Shown: one piece after another, positions 10,753 to 23,989 of the stretch
Numbering within the stretch: the first letter of the stretch is position 1
Layout: every line of letters begins with the position of its first letter
Program-made: the position numbers and the translations under genes
Source: Octopus bimaculoides
Lineage: Eukaryota
NCBI RefSeq assembly: GCF_001194135.2
Contig: NC_069004.1
Span: forward strand, 1,138,618-1,202,617
DNA length: 64,000 nucleotides
Direction: 5' to 3'
The notes under the pieces: generated by a model
The model's database searches: none
Seen by the model: the letters and a program-made list of their open reading frames with translations, nothing else
What the model was told of the DNA's origin: nothing

Positions 10753-12890
10753 TATATACACACACACACCTCATATTACTAATAATACCTCTAATGCACA
10801 GCTGCTGTCATCAGTCAACTAACAGCCATCTTGTCTTAGATAAAAGAGTGTTATATCACGCTCTCTCTCTGATTATCAAAACAAGAAAAAAATTACTGAG
10901 ATAGTTATTTAATGAGTAAATTAACAAATGTAAAACATTTTACCGTAATTACAAAAACAATAAAAACAAATGAGTTAATCACCATTTGTTTAGATGAATA
11001 ATATGTGGTTCCATAGCGAAGGCCAAAACAATATTTTTATAAGAACTCGTGAAAGGAAAATTGCAATTGTCTTTATTTTCTTATGGATTTCTACTCAGTC
11101 CAGATATTATCAAAGGCAAGATCTTCTGTTGTTTCTGCTTCGTATCAAATGATAACTTATTTTCCAAAACTCTTCTGCCATATTTTTATATCATTTGCCA
11201 ATATAAGGAAAGGAAATGTCAAGTCTTTTCTTGAAAATACTTGTTTAAAGTGGAAGATTTAGAGATTTATTATCATTGAAATTGTTTCTCCATTCTTCTA
11301 GAGGAATCTTGGAACATTTCATCTGGCAACTGAAAGAGTTTAATCTGAATCATTTAAGAGGGAAGAGACTGTATAGCTATTGTTGTTTAGACCCCGGTCA
11401 GCACTGAGCAGGACTATGGTCAAAGACTTTCCAGCGCTGACCATTCTACCTAAGATAATATTATTCAGTATGTCTCTTATCATCATCACCATTATTTTAA
11501 TGTCCACTTTTCAATGTTTTGGATGGAATTTAATGAAGATTTTCTAGGGTCAGATGCTCTTCTTGTCACCATCCCTCACCTGTTTCCATATAAGGTAATA
11601 TTTACCCACAGCTGGGTATGATGCCAAGGAAGTTTGCAAACGAAGGACACCTCATGTAGGACAGGGGTACTCATTTACAATACTCTCACCACCCATATTT
11701 CTAATGAAATGCACTGAATTCATTAAAAAAAAAAAATCAATCAACAATCTGGAGTGATTTAGTAAAATAACTAACTTTATAATTAACCCTTTTGTCATTC
11801 AATGCTTATTTAATCAGATTGTTTTCAATTAGTCATGCATTACTCATAGCTTCAAGATTTTCAAGATGTGATTAATTATTTTTAGAATGGCATTGTAGGG
11901 TAGGTATGAGAGACAAGATCTGGCCAGTTTGAACATAAAACAGGTAAAATTTTGGGGCCAGTTTGAATGCTGAAGGGTACTGGCATTTAAGGTGGTAGAT
12001 TAGCAGACTTGTAGATTAGCATTGGATAACATGGCAAGGAACTGGGCAAGGAATCCCCTTCAAGCAACCTCGAGGAGATAATCCATGATTCAGGATAATC
12101 CGAGTGTTAAGGGCTTCACTATGAATGCTCCAAAGTAGACAGTTTTGCTTCACAGAGCTGGGGTTGGTTTCAGTTAGGTTGATACCAAAAGGGTTACATA
12201 TTAACAAAACTACAAGAAGCCAGACATCTTTATCAATCCAGTCTGATGCATGACAGTCCTACGTTCTTCAACTCTGCTTGCTATCAGGTCTCTTTTCTCC
12301 TTACAACAACAACAAAAATAATCTGTGTCATTACAGTTAATTTCATTTGAAACATGTTTGTGTTGATAGATATCAAGATAACGAATAGATGTGGTTAAGG
12401 ATAGAAGGAAAAGCTCACGCCTGCTTTTATAGATGGGTGGTAGATGGGTGTGTGTGGGTGTGTGTGTAAAAGCTCAGGCATAGGTGTGTGGTTCAAAGCC
12501 TGTTTTGTAATTACATGGTTCCAGTTTCAGTTCCATTGCACAGCGCCATGGACAAGTGTCTTCTATGACAGCCTCAAGGTTGACCAAAGATTTTTGAGTG
12601 AATTTGGTAAGACAGAAACTGATCACACACACATGCACACACAATATTGTGTATACAGCCTTTTGCTGTTGTTTAGCCTCAATCAAGTCTGACTGAAGTA
12701 GACTTATGATCAAAATCATTCCAACCATGACCATTCCAAATATTTTCTCGGGTGTGTGGAACCACTTTATCCCGTGTGTTCTTCCTCTTTTTATAACTTG
12801 TGATTTGAAGGAGATTTGGCTGCTATTTATGGCAGATCAACTGACCACATAGCTGTTCCTCTCACACTGGCTCATGATAATAATTAAAAC

Positions 12891-12950
12891 CTATCTGATG
12901 GTGGTCTTTTGGTGTTAGTGATTCTGAAACTGTTACACTTTCTCCAAGAA
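12891..12950 (-). CDS. Candidate 60-nt symmetric (phase 1-1) exon
   Basis: Acceptor ttctgttcag|, stop-free LGESVTVSESLTPKDHHQI, weak donor AG|GTTTTA. Confidence 0.25.
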
Positions 12951-14712
12951 CTGAACAGAAACGGTAACTCAAGAATAAAAGGAAATTATAGAGCAAATCT
13001 AAAAACCATGTTTGCAGCTGTTGATGAAAACGTGATAAACAGATAAATGGTTCTATTTACACAAAGACGAAGAACTAAAATAGCAGTTTAATGTGAGATG
13101 CAATCTTGAGTTAGGCAAAAGAAAAAAAAAAAAGAAATAAAGAAAAAAAAAATGAGGAAGTGTGTTTTCTCAAGGGAGCATAAGATAGGAAATGGTAAGG
13201 AATAATAATAAGATTTCGATGATGTAGTAGTAGTAGTAGGTCTGCTGTGTTTGTACATAGTAAAGTAACATATAAAAGACTATAGTTGGTAGATCAAGTG
13301 GAGATTACCAAAAGAGCAAAATAAATATTTGCTGTTCAGAATTAAATGGGGGAATTCACTTTGGTGACAGATGTCATCACTAAATACATCTTCCTGTCAA
13401 AGTTATTGGAAGCATGCAAATATTTTAGTTGTAAGAAAACCTTACGATATGATACGGACCATTTGAGGTTTCGATAACAATTACTTAAAATGCATGTGGT
13501 CTATCCCTTGTTTGGATACTTTACTACTTCCGAGGTCCAGCTAGCTAGGAAACATATTTAGCCTGGATTTTACCTACTCCATTCCCTAATTTTTGGATAC
13601 ACACACACACACACTTTTATTCCATCAACCATTGATGTATTCACAATTCTTGTTTCCAAGCAGCTATGGAGATTAATTTTTTTTAATATCAAAGAGCAAA
13701 ATATTTTAAATATTTTCTCCGAAGCAAGAAAACTGGATTCTTAAGTTGGTCATTCTTTCGTTCCCAGGTCTGTGTTTCACACAGACCTGGGAACAAAAGA
13801 ACGACCCAGGTTCAAATCCTGCTGGAGACAGGATTTTGGAAAGCAGGAGGAGGACAGCTAGAAGTTACGACCTGGGTGGGTCTGGCTCCCATAGAGTGTT
13901 AGGTACAAGGGCCAAAACACTTGTCGGATGGGAGTTCTTCCTCTGAAGATCTCTCCTGTTCTGTGCTCGCCTTGTGGCAAGTTTCTGTTATACACACACA
14001 CACATCTAAGTTTTATTTTCAAGAAATCTGGGTGTAATTTGAGGGAGATCTGGCAGCTATTTCTAACAGGTCACATGACCATGCAGAGCCATCCTCATTG
14101 GCTCAAGTGTAATTGGTTGCATATTGTAATCACTCCTCCCCCCTATCTTGTCAGATACCTTAATAGAAATGTTATTAGAGCTCTGCTAAAGTCAACTCCA
14201 CATCAGTTTGAAAGGTCAGACTTCCTGCTGTTTTCCTTGTGTGTTATCCATTGGTTCTAGGTCAGCTTCTATCACTATACCGACTTCCTCAACACACACA
14301 CATTTATTCCAATAACCATTGACATATTCACAATTCTTGTTTCCAAGCAGCTATGGAGATTTACTTCTGTTTTTTTTAATACCAAACAGAAAACTGGATT
14401 CTTAAGCTGGGAAATCAATAGAATGTGTGATGTGTACGTATTAAAAGTGGGATGATGGTAGGGTGTGAAATATATACTGAAATGAGAGACGATAACAAAG
14501 GTTACAGGAAATTTACCAAGAAATTCCTTAAAGTTAAATTCAATATATAAATGCTCTTAAATAACAAAAAAGGTCCACAGTTAACAGGCAAATCACTTTA
14601 AGGTTTACCCATCCCATGCAAGCATGGAGGGAGAAAGATGACAAGAAAATACTAATATATATATATATGCCCTGGCATGGGTGCAGTCTAATGACTGAAA
14701 CAAGATAAAAAT

Positions 14713-14744
<32 letters not shown>

Positions 14745-15410
14745 TATATATAAAATACACACACATACACACACATATATATAAAATACACACACATACA
14801 CACACACACACATATATATAAAATACACACACACACACACACAAGTTGGTTTTGAAATGAAAGAGGAGAATCATGTTTAGTTTAGTGCTGCAGCGTTTGT
14901 TCAAGTTTCAGTTTCACATGGACCATAGAGTGTGAAACTAGAGTTGCAGCCAAATGTTTAGGTAACTAATCAAATAATTATCACACTTCAATGTCTGCTT
15001 TGCATGGGTTGCATAGGTTACCCTGGTTCAATACAGATTGAATTGAACCATAATGACCCATGCCAGCAAGGAAAGCACACATGAAACCCTCAAAAACCAT
15101 GCCAAACCAAACACAGAAATCTGGTGCAGTCTTCTGTCTGGCTGGCTCCTGTCAAACTGTCCAACCCATGCCAGCATGGAATGATGATGATCATAAGTAC
15201 TGCGGTTGATCTGTTTGGCTAAACCCTTCAAAGAGGTGCTCCAGCATGGCTGCAATTCTATGACAGAAGCAAGTAAAAAACAAACAAAGAATAAAATGGG
15301 GGACAAATTGTTTGTTTGAAATATTTCACAGGGGAAAATAAAAATACAAGATTTCATCATTTTTCTGTATTTTCCAGAATACAAGTCAAATTCTTCAGGC
15401 TAAACTTTAC

Positions 15411-15654
15411 TGCCAAAAAGCGTAGGTTGTTTTGAGGACCAACAATTCCATGTGAAACGCAATAGGATTTGGAACGATAGTGAGGAAGTTTGAATGTTTA
15501 CACTATACACTGCGTTAATTTGTATCCCAGAAAATATAGTGTTTCCTGCTATCGGCATTGTCACGTTACTGAAGGTTTTTCAATTTTGTTGTGTGACATT
15601 CCTGAAATACCATTTGTTATTTTTCCTACAAATATTCTTCAGTTGTTTGTAATA
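15411..15654 (-). CDS. Candidate exon (phase 0 to 1), weakly fibronectin type III-like, with in-frame TGA at 15582-15580
   Basis: Very strong acceptor ttttcttgttttttttctttttaaccccttacag|, donor GCA|GTAAAG; 81 codons with one stop; TIFSGIQINAVYSVNIQT has the spacing of the FN3 GLxPxTxYxVxVxA motif (by-eye match only). Confidence 0.35.
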
Positions 15655-15769
15655 CTGTAAGGGGTTAAAAAGAAAAAAAACAAGAAAACGAAGTTTATCT
15701 TGAAACTGAAATATAGAAAGACATCGTAAGCAAGATGTGTTTTGTGCCTCTGCTGTGTAAGTGCACCTG

Positions 15770-16572
15770 TACTAGTGGCATGTAAAAAGCAGCCAGTACA
15801 CTCTGTAAAGTGGTTGGCATTAGGATGGGCATCCAGCTGTAAAAACCATGGAGTATTGACAGCTCCTTAGTTGGCCAGCTCCATGTCAAACTGACAAACC
15901 TATGCTGGCATGGGTTGGACGGGTTGACTGAGGTCTTGGAGAGCCAGTGGCTGCACCAGGCTCCAATCTGATCTGGCGATGTTTCTACAGTTGGATGCCC
16001 TTCCTAATGCCAACCACTCCAAGAGTGTAGTGGGTGCTTTTTATGTGCCACCGGCACAGGAGCCAGTCACATGGGCCTGGCATCGTTCACGTTCGGATAG
16101 TGCTTTTTATGTGCCACTGGCATGGGAGCCAGTCAGGGGTCACTGGGATGGGAGCCAGTCAGATGACACTGGCATCGACCACGTCCAGATGATGCATTTT
16201 ACGTGCCTACCCTCTTCTACTTAAACTCATGCCATGGGGTCACCTGGACACCACATCTCCTATCTCTTTGCAGCACCTGTTGATGATTTTCACTTGCCCT
16301 CTCTCATACTCTAACCCCTCATTCCATAGCATACAATCAACCCAAACCTTCCCTGGGGTTTTTGTAGTTCCACAAGCTGCATGGTGATCTCAATAGTGCT
16401 GATGGCATCTAAAGAATCATCCAGTCCATGCTGTCAAGTGATTGGCATTAGGGTGGGTACCCAGCCATAGAAACAATGCCAAAGCAGACACTGGAGCACA
16501 ATGCAGTCCTTGGACCCAACCGATTCTGTCAAAGCATGGAACATGGGCATAAAATGATGATGATGATGATGA
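15770..16572. mobile_element. Three family-3 SINE copies ((GAT)n-tailed family): 15770-15900 +, 15900-16205 -, 16370-16572 +
   Basis: Shared gtggttggcattagga.gggcatcca core and ccaacccatgccagcatgg 3' end. Confidence 0.88.
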
Positions 16573-17180
16573 CAGATTTGGTCCTAAAAATTTTGTAGCG
16601 AACTCCCGATGGTCCCTTCTCTAATTGCTATTTCATTTTGATTGAGAGTGCCAGAATTATATGAAGTATTTTCTTCATATATATAGCATGATGGGTGAAA
16701 CTGGTTCTGAAACTCAGCAGTTAAGGATGAAGCATCTTATCTGCTCAGAAAGCAGGAGAAAAATATGTGAGAAAAAAATATGAAGCAGAGAGAGAGAAAA
16801 ATTAAGAAAATTCAAGAAAAAAGCAAAACAAAGCAAAACAAAATCAAAAACAAACCTGCCATTAGTTAAACAAGATATTGCATAAGCATAAAACTTCATC
16901 CTATATTTCAGGAGTTAAGTACAAAAACTAAGAATTAAAATTTTAGCACAAACTTTTATGCTTTATGTAATATGATATGGGATCTTCTTTTTTCTTCTTT
17001 TTTGTTTTGGAAACCTGTGGTCTGCAGCTTGACATAAATTCCCTTCTATTTAATATACTGCATACATGAAAGGATTTCAAACTTAAGATTCCTGATATTT
17101 GATACAATATATTATAAGCTTCCTATGCAAAATTGCTATTTTTAAGACGTTCTTCCATATTGCAATGTGATGCTACTCAC

Positions 17181-17262
17181 AGCGCCGAGGAAGAGAAAAA
17201 TACGGAGAATAACAACAACTACAACTTCCTGAATATGTTTAACATTTCCTAATCACAGACAA
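17181..17262 (-). CDS. Candidate exon (phase 2 to 0) with in-frame TGA at 17255-17253; hydrophobic 3' half
   Basis: Long pyrimidine tract plus ttctgttgcag| acceptor, donor CT|GTGAGT; reads CL*LGNVKHIQEVVVVVILRIFLFLGA. Could equally be non-coding. Confidence 0.2.
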
Positions 17263-17768
17263 CTGCAACAGAACAAGATCCACCATTAAAAAAAAGTAAA
17301 AAAAGAAAAAAAGAAAAGAAGAAAAGAAAAAGGGGGGCAACTGTACTGTTCTGTAGCATACTGTTTCAAAGCATTAAAAGTGTTTAAGACTTTTACTTAA
17401 TAATTTTGGCAGAATGGAACCCTTCACAGAATGAAGTGTGAGAAATTTAATGATATTGAACAAGGGATTTGGGGATTTGATAATTAAAATAACACAAGAA
17501 CTGGTTGAGAACAGGGATAAGAAAAATGTACACATTTGGTATTTATAAAACAACTGAAAACCATAATACCTATTAGGTCTGTTTGTTTATATACACATGT
17601 ACGAAAACATCCATATAAATCATATATATATACATATATAAACTCGAGAAACAGGCAGGGTAGGGTGGCCAAGCCTTGCGAGTGGATCTGGTAGAGGGAG
17701 ACTGAAGGGAGTCCACCGTATATATATATATATATACGTATACATACATCTATATGTATGTATATATG

Positions 17769-17846
<78 letters not shown>

Positions 17847-18532
17847 CACAACAGGCTTCTTACAGTTTCTGTTTATCAAATCTACTCACATGGCTTTGGT
17901 TGGCCTTGTGAGAAAGAAGCCTGTCTCACACACACACTTGACAACTGGTGTTAGTTTGTTTATGTCCCCATAATTAAGCAGTTCAACAAAAGAGACGGAC
18001 AGAATATGTATCAAACTTTAAAAATAAGTACCAGTTTGTTCAATGACCGAAAGAAGTAAAAGGTAAAATAAACAATATAATTTGTGTGTGTGTGTGTGAA
18101 CAAAAAATATAATTTGGGTGTGTGTCCTGAGTAAGACTTTAAACTGCATGCAGTAGTGGGGCCCAGGTACAGGTGTTCCAGTGTTTTGAAGGGAGTGGAA
18201 CCACTTCTTAGCCATCATTGTTCCTAGGTCTACTTTGACCCAGAGAAGTAGCATCTGTTAGGGTCTCAGCTATGGGTTAACCGGTATATGAACCACTGAG
18301 GGTGAAGGGCCCTTAGTTCTCTTCTTTCCAGGAGAAGGTAAACTTGTATAAAAGAAAAAACAACAACCTTGAAGTGTCGTTGGTTTCTGGTCGCCTCAGC
18401 CTCTTTTGTGCCACCGGTTTTACAGCTGATTGCACTGCAGAATGCATTCAGTGCTGTGCAACACTTTATCCACTGAAGACAAATTCACACCCAGGAACTT
18501 CTTGCAATCTCGGAACATTTCCATGGACTTAC

Positions 18533-18632
18533 TGAGTTTGGGAAGTGGTCTTGCTCAGTCACAAGTTCACTTCCACCATATTATATACTTGACTTAAATA
18601 CCCACAAAGATCCACTCCTGTGAACTCCACTT
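18533..18632 (-). CDS. Candidate exon (phase 1 to 2) with in-frame TGA at 18561-18559
   Basis: Acceptor tttctttcaaaattttccag|A, donor CA|GTAAGT; reads EVEFTGVDLCGYLSQVYNMVEVNL*LSKTTSQT. Manual call only. Confidence 0.25.
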
Positions 18633-18912
18633 CTGGAAAATTTTGAAAGAAATTACCCCAGAGTTCATTAGTAAAACCAAAATGAAAAAAATACATCTCA
18701 ATGTTTATATATTTGTGAACACACAGAAGTACGCAGACAAACACAGACACACATGTAAGTGATTTATCTATAAATATACACATGTTTATTTAAACCAGGT
18801 GTAAACACAAAATAAAACTAAGAGAACAAAGAAAGACAAGAGATGGACTGGCTGACCCCGACACTATACACTACGGCTGACTAATAAAGTGGTGATCAAA
18901 GCAAGGTGTATA

Positions 18913-18947
<35 letters not shown>

Positions 18948-19937
18948 NNNNNNNNNNNNNNNNNNNNNNNNNNNNNNNNNNNNNNNNNNNNNNNNNNNNN
19001 NNNNNNNNNNNNNNNNNNNNNNNNNNNNNNNNNNNNNNNNNNNNNNNNNNNNNNNNNNNNNNNNNNNNNNNNNNNNNNNNNNNNNNNNNNNNNNNNNNNN
19101 NNNNNNNNNNNNNNNNNNNNNNNNNNNNNNNNNNNNNNNNNNNNNNNNNNNNNNNNNNNNNNNNNNNNNNNNNNNNNNNNNNNNNNNNNNNNNNNNNNNN
19201 NNNNNNNNNNNNNNNNNNNNNNNNNNNNNNNNNNNNNNNNNNNNNNNNNNNNNNNNNNNNNNNNNNNNNNNNNNNNNNNNNNNNNNNNNNNNNNNNNNNN
19301 NNNNNNNNNNNNNNNNNNNNNNNNNNNNNNNNNNNNNNNNNNNNNNNNNNNNNNNNNNNNNNNNNNNNNNNNNNNNNNNNNNNNNNNNNNNNNNNNNNNN
19401 NNNNNNNNNNNNNNNNNNNNNNNNNNNNNNNNNNNNNNNNNNNNNNNNNNNNNNNNNNNNNNNNNNNNNNNNNNNNNNNNNNNNNNNNNNNNNNNNNNNN
19501 NNNNNNNNNNNNNNNNNNNNNNNNNNNNNNNNNNNNNNNNNNNNNNNNNNNNNNNNNNNNNNNNNNNNNNNNNNNNNNNNNNNNNNNNNNNNNNNNNNNN
19601 NNNNNNNNNNNNNNNNNNNNNNNNNNNNNNNNNNNNNNNNNNNNNNNNNNNNNNNNNNNNNNNNNNNNNNNNNNNNNNNNNNNNNNNNNNNNNNNNNNNN
19701 NNNNNNNNNNNNNNNNNNNNNNNNNNNNNNNNNNNNNNNNNNNNNNNNNNNNNNNNNNNNNNNNNNNNNNNNNNNNNNNNNNNNNNNNNNNNNNNNNNNN
19801 NNNNNNNNNNNNNNNNNNNNNNNNNNNNNNNNNNNNNNNNNNNNNNNNNNNNNNNNNNNNNNNNNNNNNNNNNNNNNNNNNNNNNNNNNNNNNNNNNNNN
19901 NNNNNNNNNNNNNNNNNNNNNNNNNNNNNNNNNNNNN
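18948..19937. other. Assembly gap (N-run); others at 2943-3026, 32888-33268, 35483-35509, 38363-38902, 42430-42453, 52799-53543, 55394-55403
   Basis: Runs of n, mostly flanked by simple repeats or a young SINE; they may hide exons. Confidence 1.
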
Positions 19938-20697
19938 AAAAAAAAAAAAAAAAAAAAAAAAAAGAGAGTGCAAAGGTCTTGAAAGTCCCCTGGCATTCTC
20001 TCTTGAGAATTTGTATTCCAGCATTGATAGCGATCAGCTGAAATACTTAAGAACTCTCTTAAGAACTTCAGAAGACTATCATCATCTTTGCTGGGTTTTG
20101 AAGGAACTGTCTTTGTTTGTTTGTTTGTTTTTTTCCCTCCCATTGACAGCAGACATAGTTTGAACTCGAAGCAGATGCTGCAAGGTCTCTCTCATCTAAC
20201 ACAGTCCTACCATTCCATGCTCCTGGACTAGTTACTTTATTAACCCTGAAAGAATAAAAAGGCTAAGTTAGCCTTGGCAGCATTTCAACTTTCAGTGCAG
20301 AAAGTTAAAACAAACACCACAAGGCTTCTCTATCTGATATTCAAATAATTCTGCCAAATAGTGTGTGTGTGTGTGTGTGAGAGAGCATGTGTGCAGCTTT
20401 TATAAAACATGCAGTTAAGTAGTTTTGTGAGTGTGTGTGTGTATACATATATATATGTATGTATTGATTGATTGATTGAATAAAATGGCTGACAATTCTC
20501 ATCCAGCATATTGTTTTCATATAATGGCACAAAAAAAATCTGGTTTTGTTTCAACAACTTCCAAACAAATATCAACTCAATGCATTTAATATAATGTGCT
20601 AATTTCTTCATATTATAAGACATTCTTTCTTAGTGAAATTTTGTAGATGGAAACTGTATGGAAGCCTGTCATATATATGTATATACAAGAGGTGAAG

Positions 20698-21185
20698 GTG
20701 TGGCTGAGTGGCAAGAAGTTTGCTTCCCAACCACATGGTTTTGGGTTCAGTCCCACTGTGTGGTACCGTGAGCAAGTGTCTTCTACATCCTTGGGTTGAC
20801 CAAAGCCTTGTGAGTGGATTTGGTTGACAGAATCTATCTGTGTGTGTGTGTGTGTGTGTGTGTATGCGTTACGGTCTCTTTGTCTTGACATCATGCGAGT
20901 GTTGTAATTGAGTATCACTGTTATGGCAGCTGTGTCATTCCTTTCCAACCATTGACAACCATTGATTTAGTCTAACAATGCAACCCCAGCGCTTTTTAAA
21001 TCTAGTACTTTTGTTGAACTGCTAAGTTACAGAGATGTAAACAAAACAACATTTGTTGCCAAGTGGTGGGACAAATACGAACTTGATATACAACAGGCTT
21101 CCATAGTTTCTGTCCGTCACACTGTGGGACTGAACCCAAAACCACAGGGTTGCAAAGCAAGCCTCTTAACCACAAGCAGACATCA
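20698..21185. mobile_element. Two convergent family-1 SINEs (20698-20950 +, 20990-21185 -)
   Basis: Both carry the A/B-box head, in opposite orientation. Confidence 0.8.
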
Positions 21186-21694
21186 TGCAATAGTTGTAAA
21201 TGGGCAGTGCTCATTTCTAATCTGTAAAAACAGGTGTGGTCATGTTTGGAAACAGGTGAAGGTTGGTGACAAGAAGAGCATCCAACTACGACCTCATCAA
21301 ATTCTATCTGACTCATGCAAGTATGCGAAAGAGGATGTTACAACTATGACGATGATGATGATGACAATATCTACACTATGTTTCGTTTGATTTTGTCTTT
21401 GATCAGCATCAATCAGGTGTCAAATCTATGGATGTGAACAAAGCACCGGAACGGCTTTTGAGCATGGAGCCTTTCTCACGAGATGAAAGGCAGTAGTAGC
21501 ACTTTTATCTACCATGCCACTGATGTTTGTACATCTCTAAAAATAATGTTAATAGTCAGAGAACAATTATTGTTGTGTAGTGAAGCGTCCTTTGAAGAGG
21601 ATGGGTTTAATGTCATCACCTGGGGTATGTGGGTGTTAGTAAAGAGGTGTGTGTGTCAGCCTTTATCTCTTTTAAGATAAAGGCATCAGTCACG

Positions 21695-21738
<44 letters not shown>

Positions 21739-21777
21739 TATTATTACTACTATTATTACTACTACTACTACTACTAC

Positions 21778-22180
21778 TTAGACAGTGAACTGGAAGAGTC
21801 GTTAGGGAGTTGGACAAAATGCTCGGAAGCATTTCTTCTAGCTTTACACCCTGAGTTCAAATTCTGCTGAGGTCAACTTTCATCCTTTCATGATCAATAC
21901 ATTAAGTACCAGTCAAATATTGGGGGCTGATGTAATCGACTTACCACCCTGCCCTCCTCTTAAATTTCAAGCCTTGTGCCTATAGTACCAACAATTATTA
22001 TTTTCCACCAAGGTCATCAAATTCTACCGAGGTCAGCTCTGCCTTTCATCCTTTCGGGGTCAATAAATTAAGTACCAGTTGCATACTGGGTTTGATCTAA
22101 TCGACATCCCCTCCCCACAAAATGGCTGCCCTTGTGGCAAAATTTGAAACCAATATTATTATTATTATTATTATTATTAT
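21778..22180 (+). mobile_element. Tandem family-2 SINEs between (ATT/ACT)n arrays
   Basis: Two copies of gaggtca..ctttcatcctttc...aagtaccagt...ctgggg; (ATT)n at 21696-21780 and 22156-22181. Confidence 0.85.
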
Positions 22181-22791
22181 TGGTGGTAGTGGTATTAGTA
22201 GTCATAAAAATATGAATAAAAAATAAATAGAAAAAAAATGACAAAAAAAAAAAAAAGAAATCATAGCAGACATGTTTTTTTGAAAAACTAAAAATGCCAA
22301 GAATTGGCAGCTTCCCGTAGAATCTCAGAGAACAGGGTGTGATTAATTTGTTGAGTCATACCTGTCTTTGTCTTGGGTGAATGTTAATACTCAGGCCGGC
22401 TAGTTAGCACAATTGCAGAAACAGGCAATCTGTCACTGAATTCCACATCACGTGTGTGTGTGTGTGTGTGTAAAACGAAATATCTTCCCTTTCTTTCATT
22501 TTCTTGTTGGAATTATATAAGCATGAGGCATAAGCAGAGGTCTCCTGTGTATGTAATCAGGTTCCTGTAAAACTATTTAAATGACAAGCGAGCATATAGC
22601 TTCTTCTTTCAAAAAAAAAAGGGGGAGGTGTATATATGTATGTGTGTGTACATGCGTGTGTGTGTGTATATAGATATATATATATATACACACATATAAG
22701 TATATAGACATTTGTGTATATAATATATATACATGTATATAGATGTGTTATATATGTGTGTGTGTGTGTGTGTGGCATGTAACATGTGTAA

Positions 22792-22833
<42 letters not shown>

Positions 22834-22850
22834 AGTTTGTGCATGAGTGT

Positions 22851-22892
<42 letters not shown>

Positions 22893-23139
22893 TTACTTGA
22901 CGAGAGGAAACACTTAATTAACCAAGTGGGCCTAAATTTTCTTGAAGTTGTTTGTGAAAGTTGCTAAAGAAAGGAATGAGTTCAAATCAAATTTTTATAT
23001 AAATGAATAACAGACTAATGAATTAAGTGCAAAAAAATAAAAATAAATAAATAATTAAATTCCAAAATATCCAGTATTATTTTAACAAAGAATTAAGATT
23101 AAATTATTAATTAATATTTTATTTAAATTATATTCTTTT

Positions 23140-23505
23140 ACTTCCCAACCACATGGTTCCGGGTTCAATCCCCCGGCATAGTATCTCTGGCAAGGTAAGT
23201 GGTTTCTACAATAGCCACAGACTGACCAAACTCTTGTGAGTGGATCTGGAAGATGAAAACTGAAAGAAGCCTGTTGTGTGTGCGCGTGCGTGTGTTATTG
23301 TGTCTTTGTGTTTGTCACCTACCACTGCTTGACTACCAGTGTTGGTTTATTTATGTCCCTGCAACTTAGCAGTTCAGCAAAAGAGATCACTTGAATAAGT
23401 ACCAAGCTTAAAAAGTAAGTATCAGGGTTGATCTGTTTTTGGCTAAACCCTTCAAGTAAGTGCTCCAGTATGGCCACAGTCCAATGAATGAAACAAGCAC
23501 AAGAC
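23140..23505 (+). mobile_element. Family-1 SINE, module-B tail
   Basis: cttcccaaccacatggttccgggttcaatccc ... gctccagtatggccacagtccaatg. Confidence 0.9.
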
Positions 23506-23510
23506 AACTT

Positions 23511-23575
23511 CCTACTTAATCCTACTTAATCCTACTTAATCCTACTTAATCCTACTTAATCCTACTTAATCCTAC
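23511..23575. repeat. Perfect (CCTACTTAAT)6 tandem repeat
   Basis: Six identical 10-mers plus a partial cctac. Confidence 0.97.
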
Positions 23576-23989
23576 CAACTTTACATAAAAACAAGTCAAG
23601 CTAAGCCATTCAACAAGTTACATTCAATAAAAAAAAAAGCCTAAAAAAAAAAAAACAGGAAATATTTTCCTTTTTTATTTATTTTTGAAATGCTTGGTGT
23701 TTTTGGTTTCTTTCTATTTTACTTATTTATTTATTTATTTATTTTTGTAGATTTGTGCTTCAATTAATTTTTGAAGTAATTATGAACTTGGAGGGAATTT
23801 AAACAAAATAACTAACTTTTTCAAGATTAAACTTCCTTAGACAAGTTCTTTGATATTATGTTGGGAATAAGAATTCAATTATGGTAGGGTCCTTGTACAC
23901 ATTTTAAACACACATACACTTATTTTATTATCCTTTTTTTGACAATTATAATTACAGTACATTAATTCAAGTATAGTAGAGTTCTTACA

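Noticed and set aside
14998-15066. Nested inverted repeat (gcatgggtt...ggttcaat/attgaacc...gacccatgc) as a pre-miRNA
   Set aside because: Large asymmetric bulge; the outer arms are SINE 3'-end fragments.
18864-20163. Long ORFs of 350-420 aa in the track (also 32711-33409, 38277-38912, 52641-53641)
   Set aside because: They are open only because they span N-runs.
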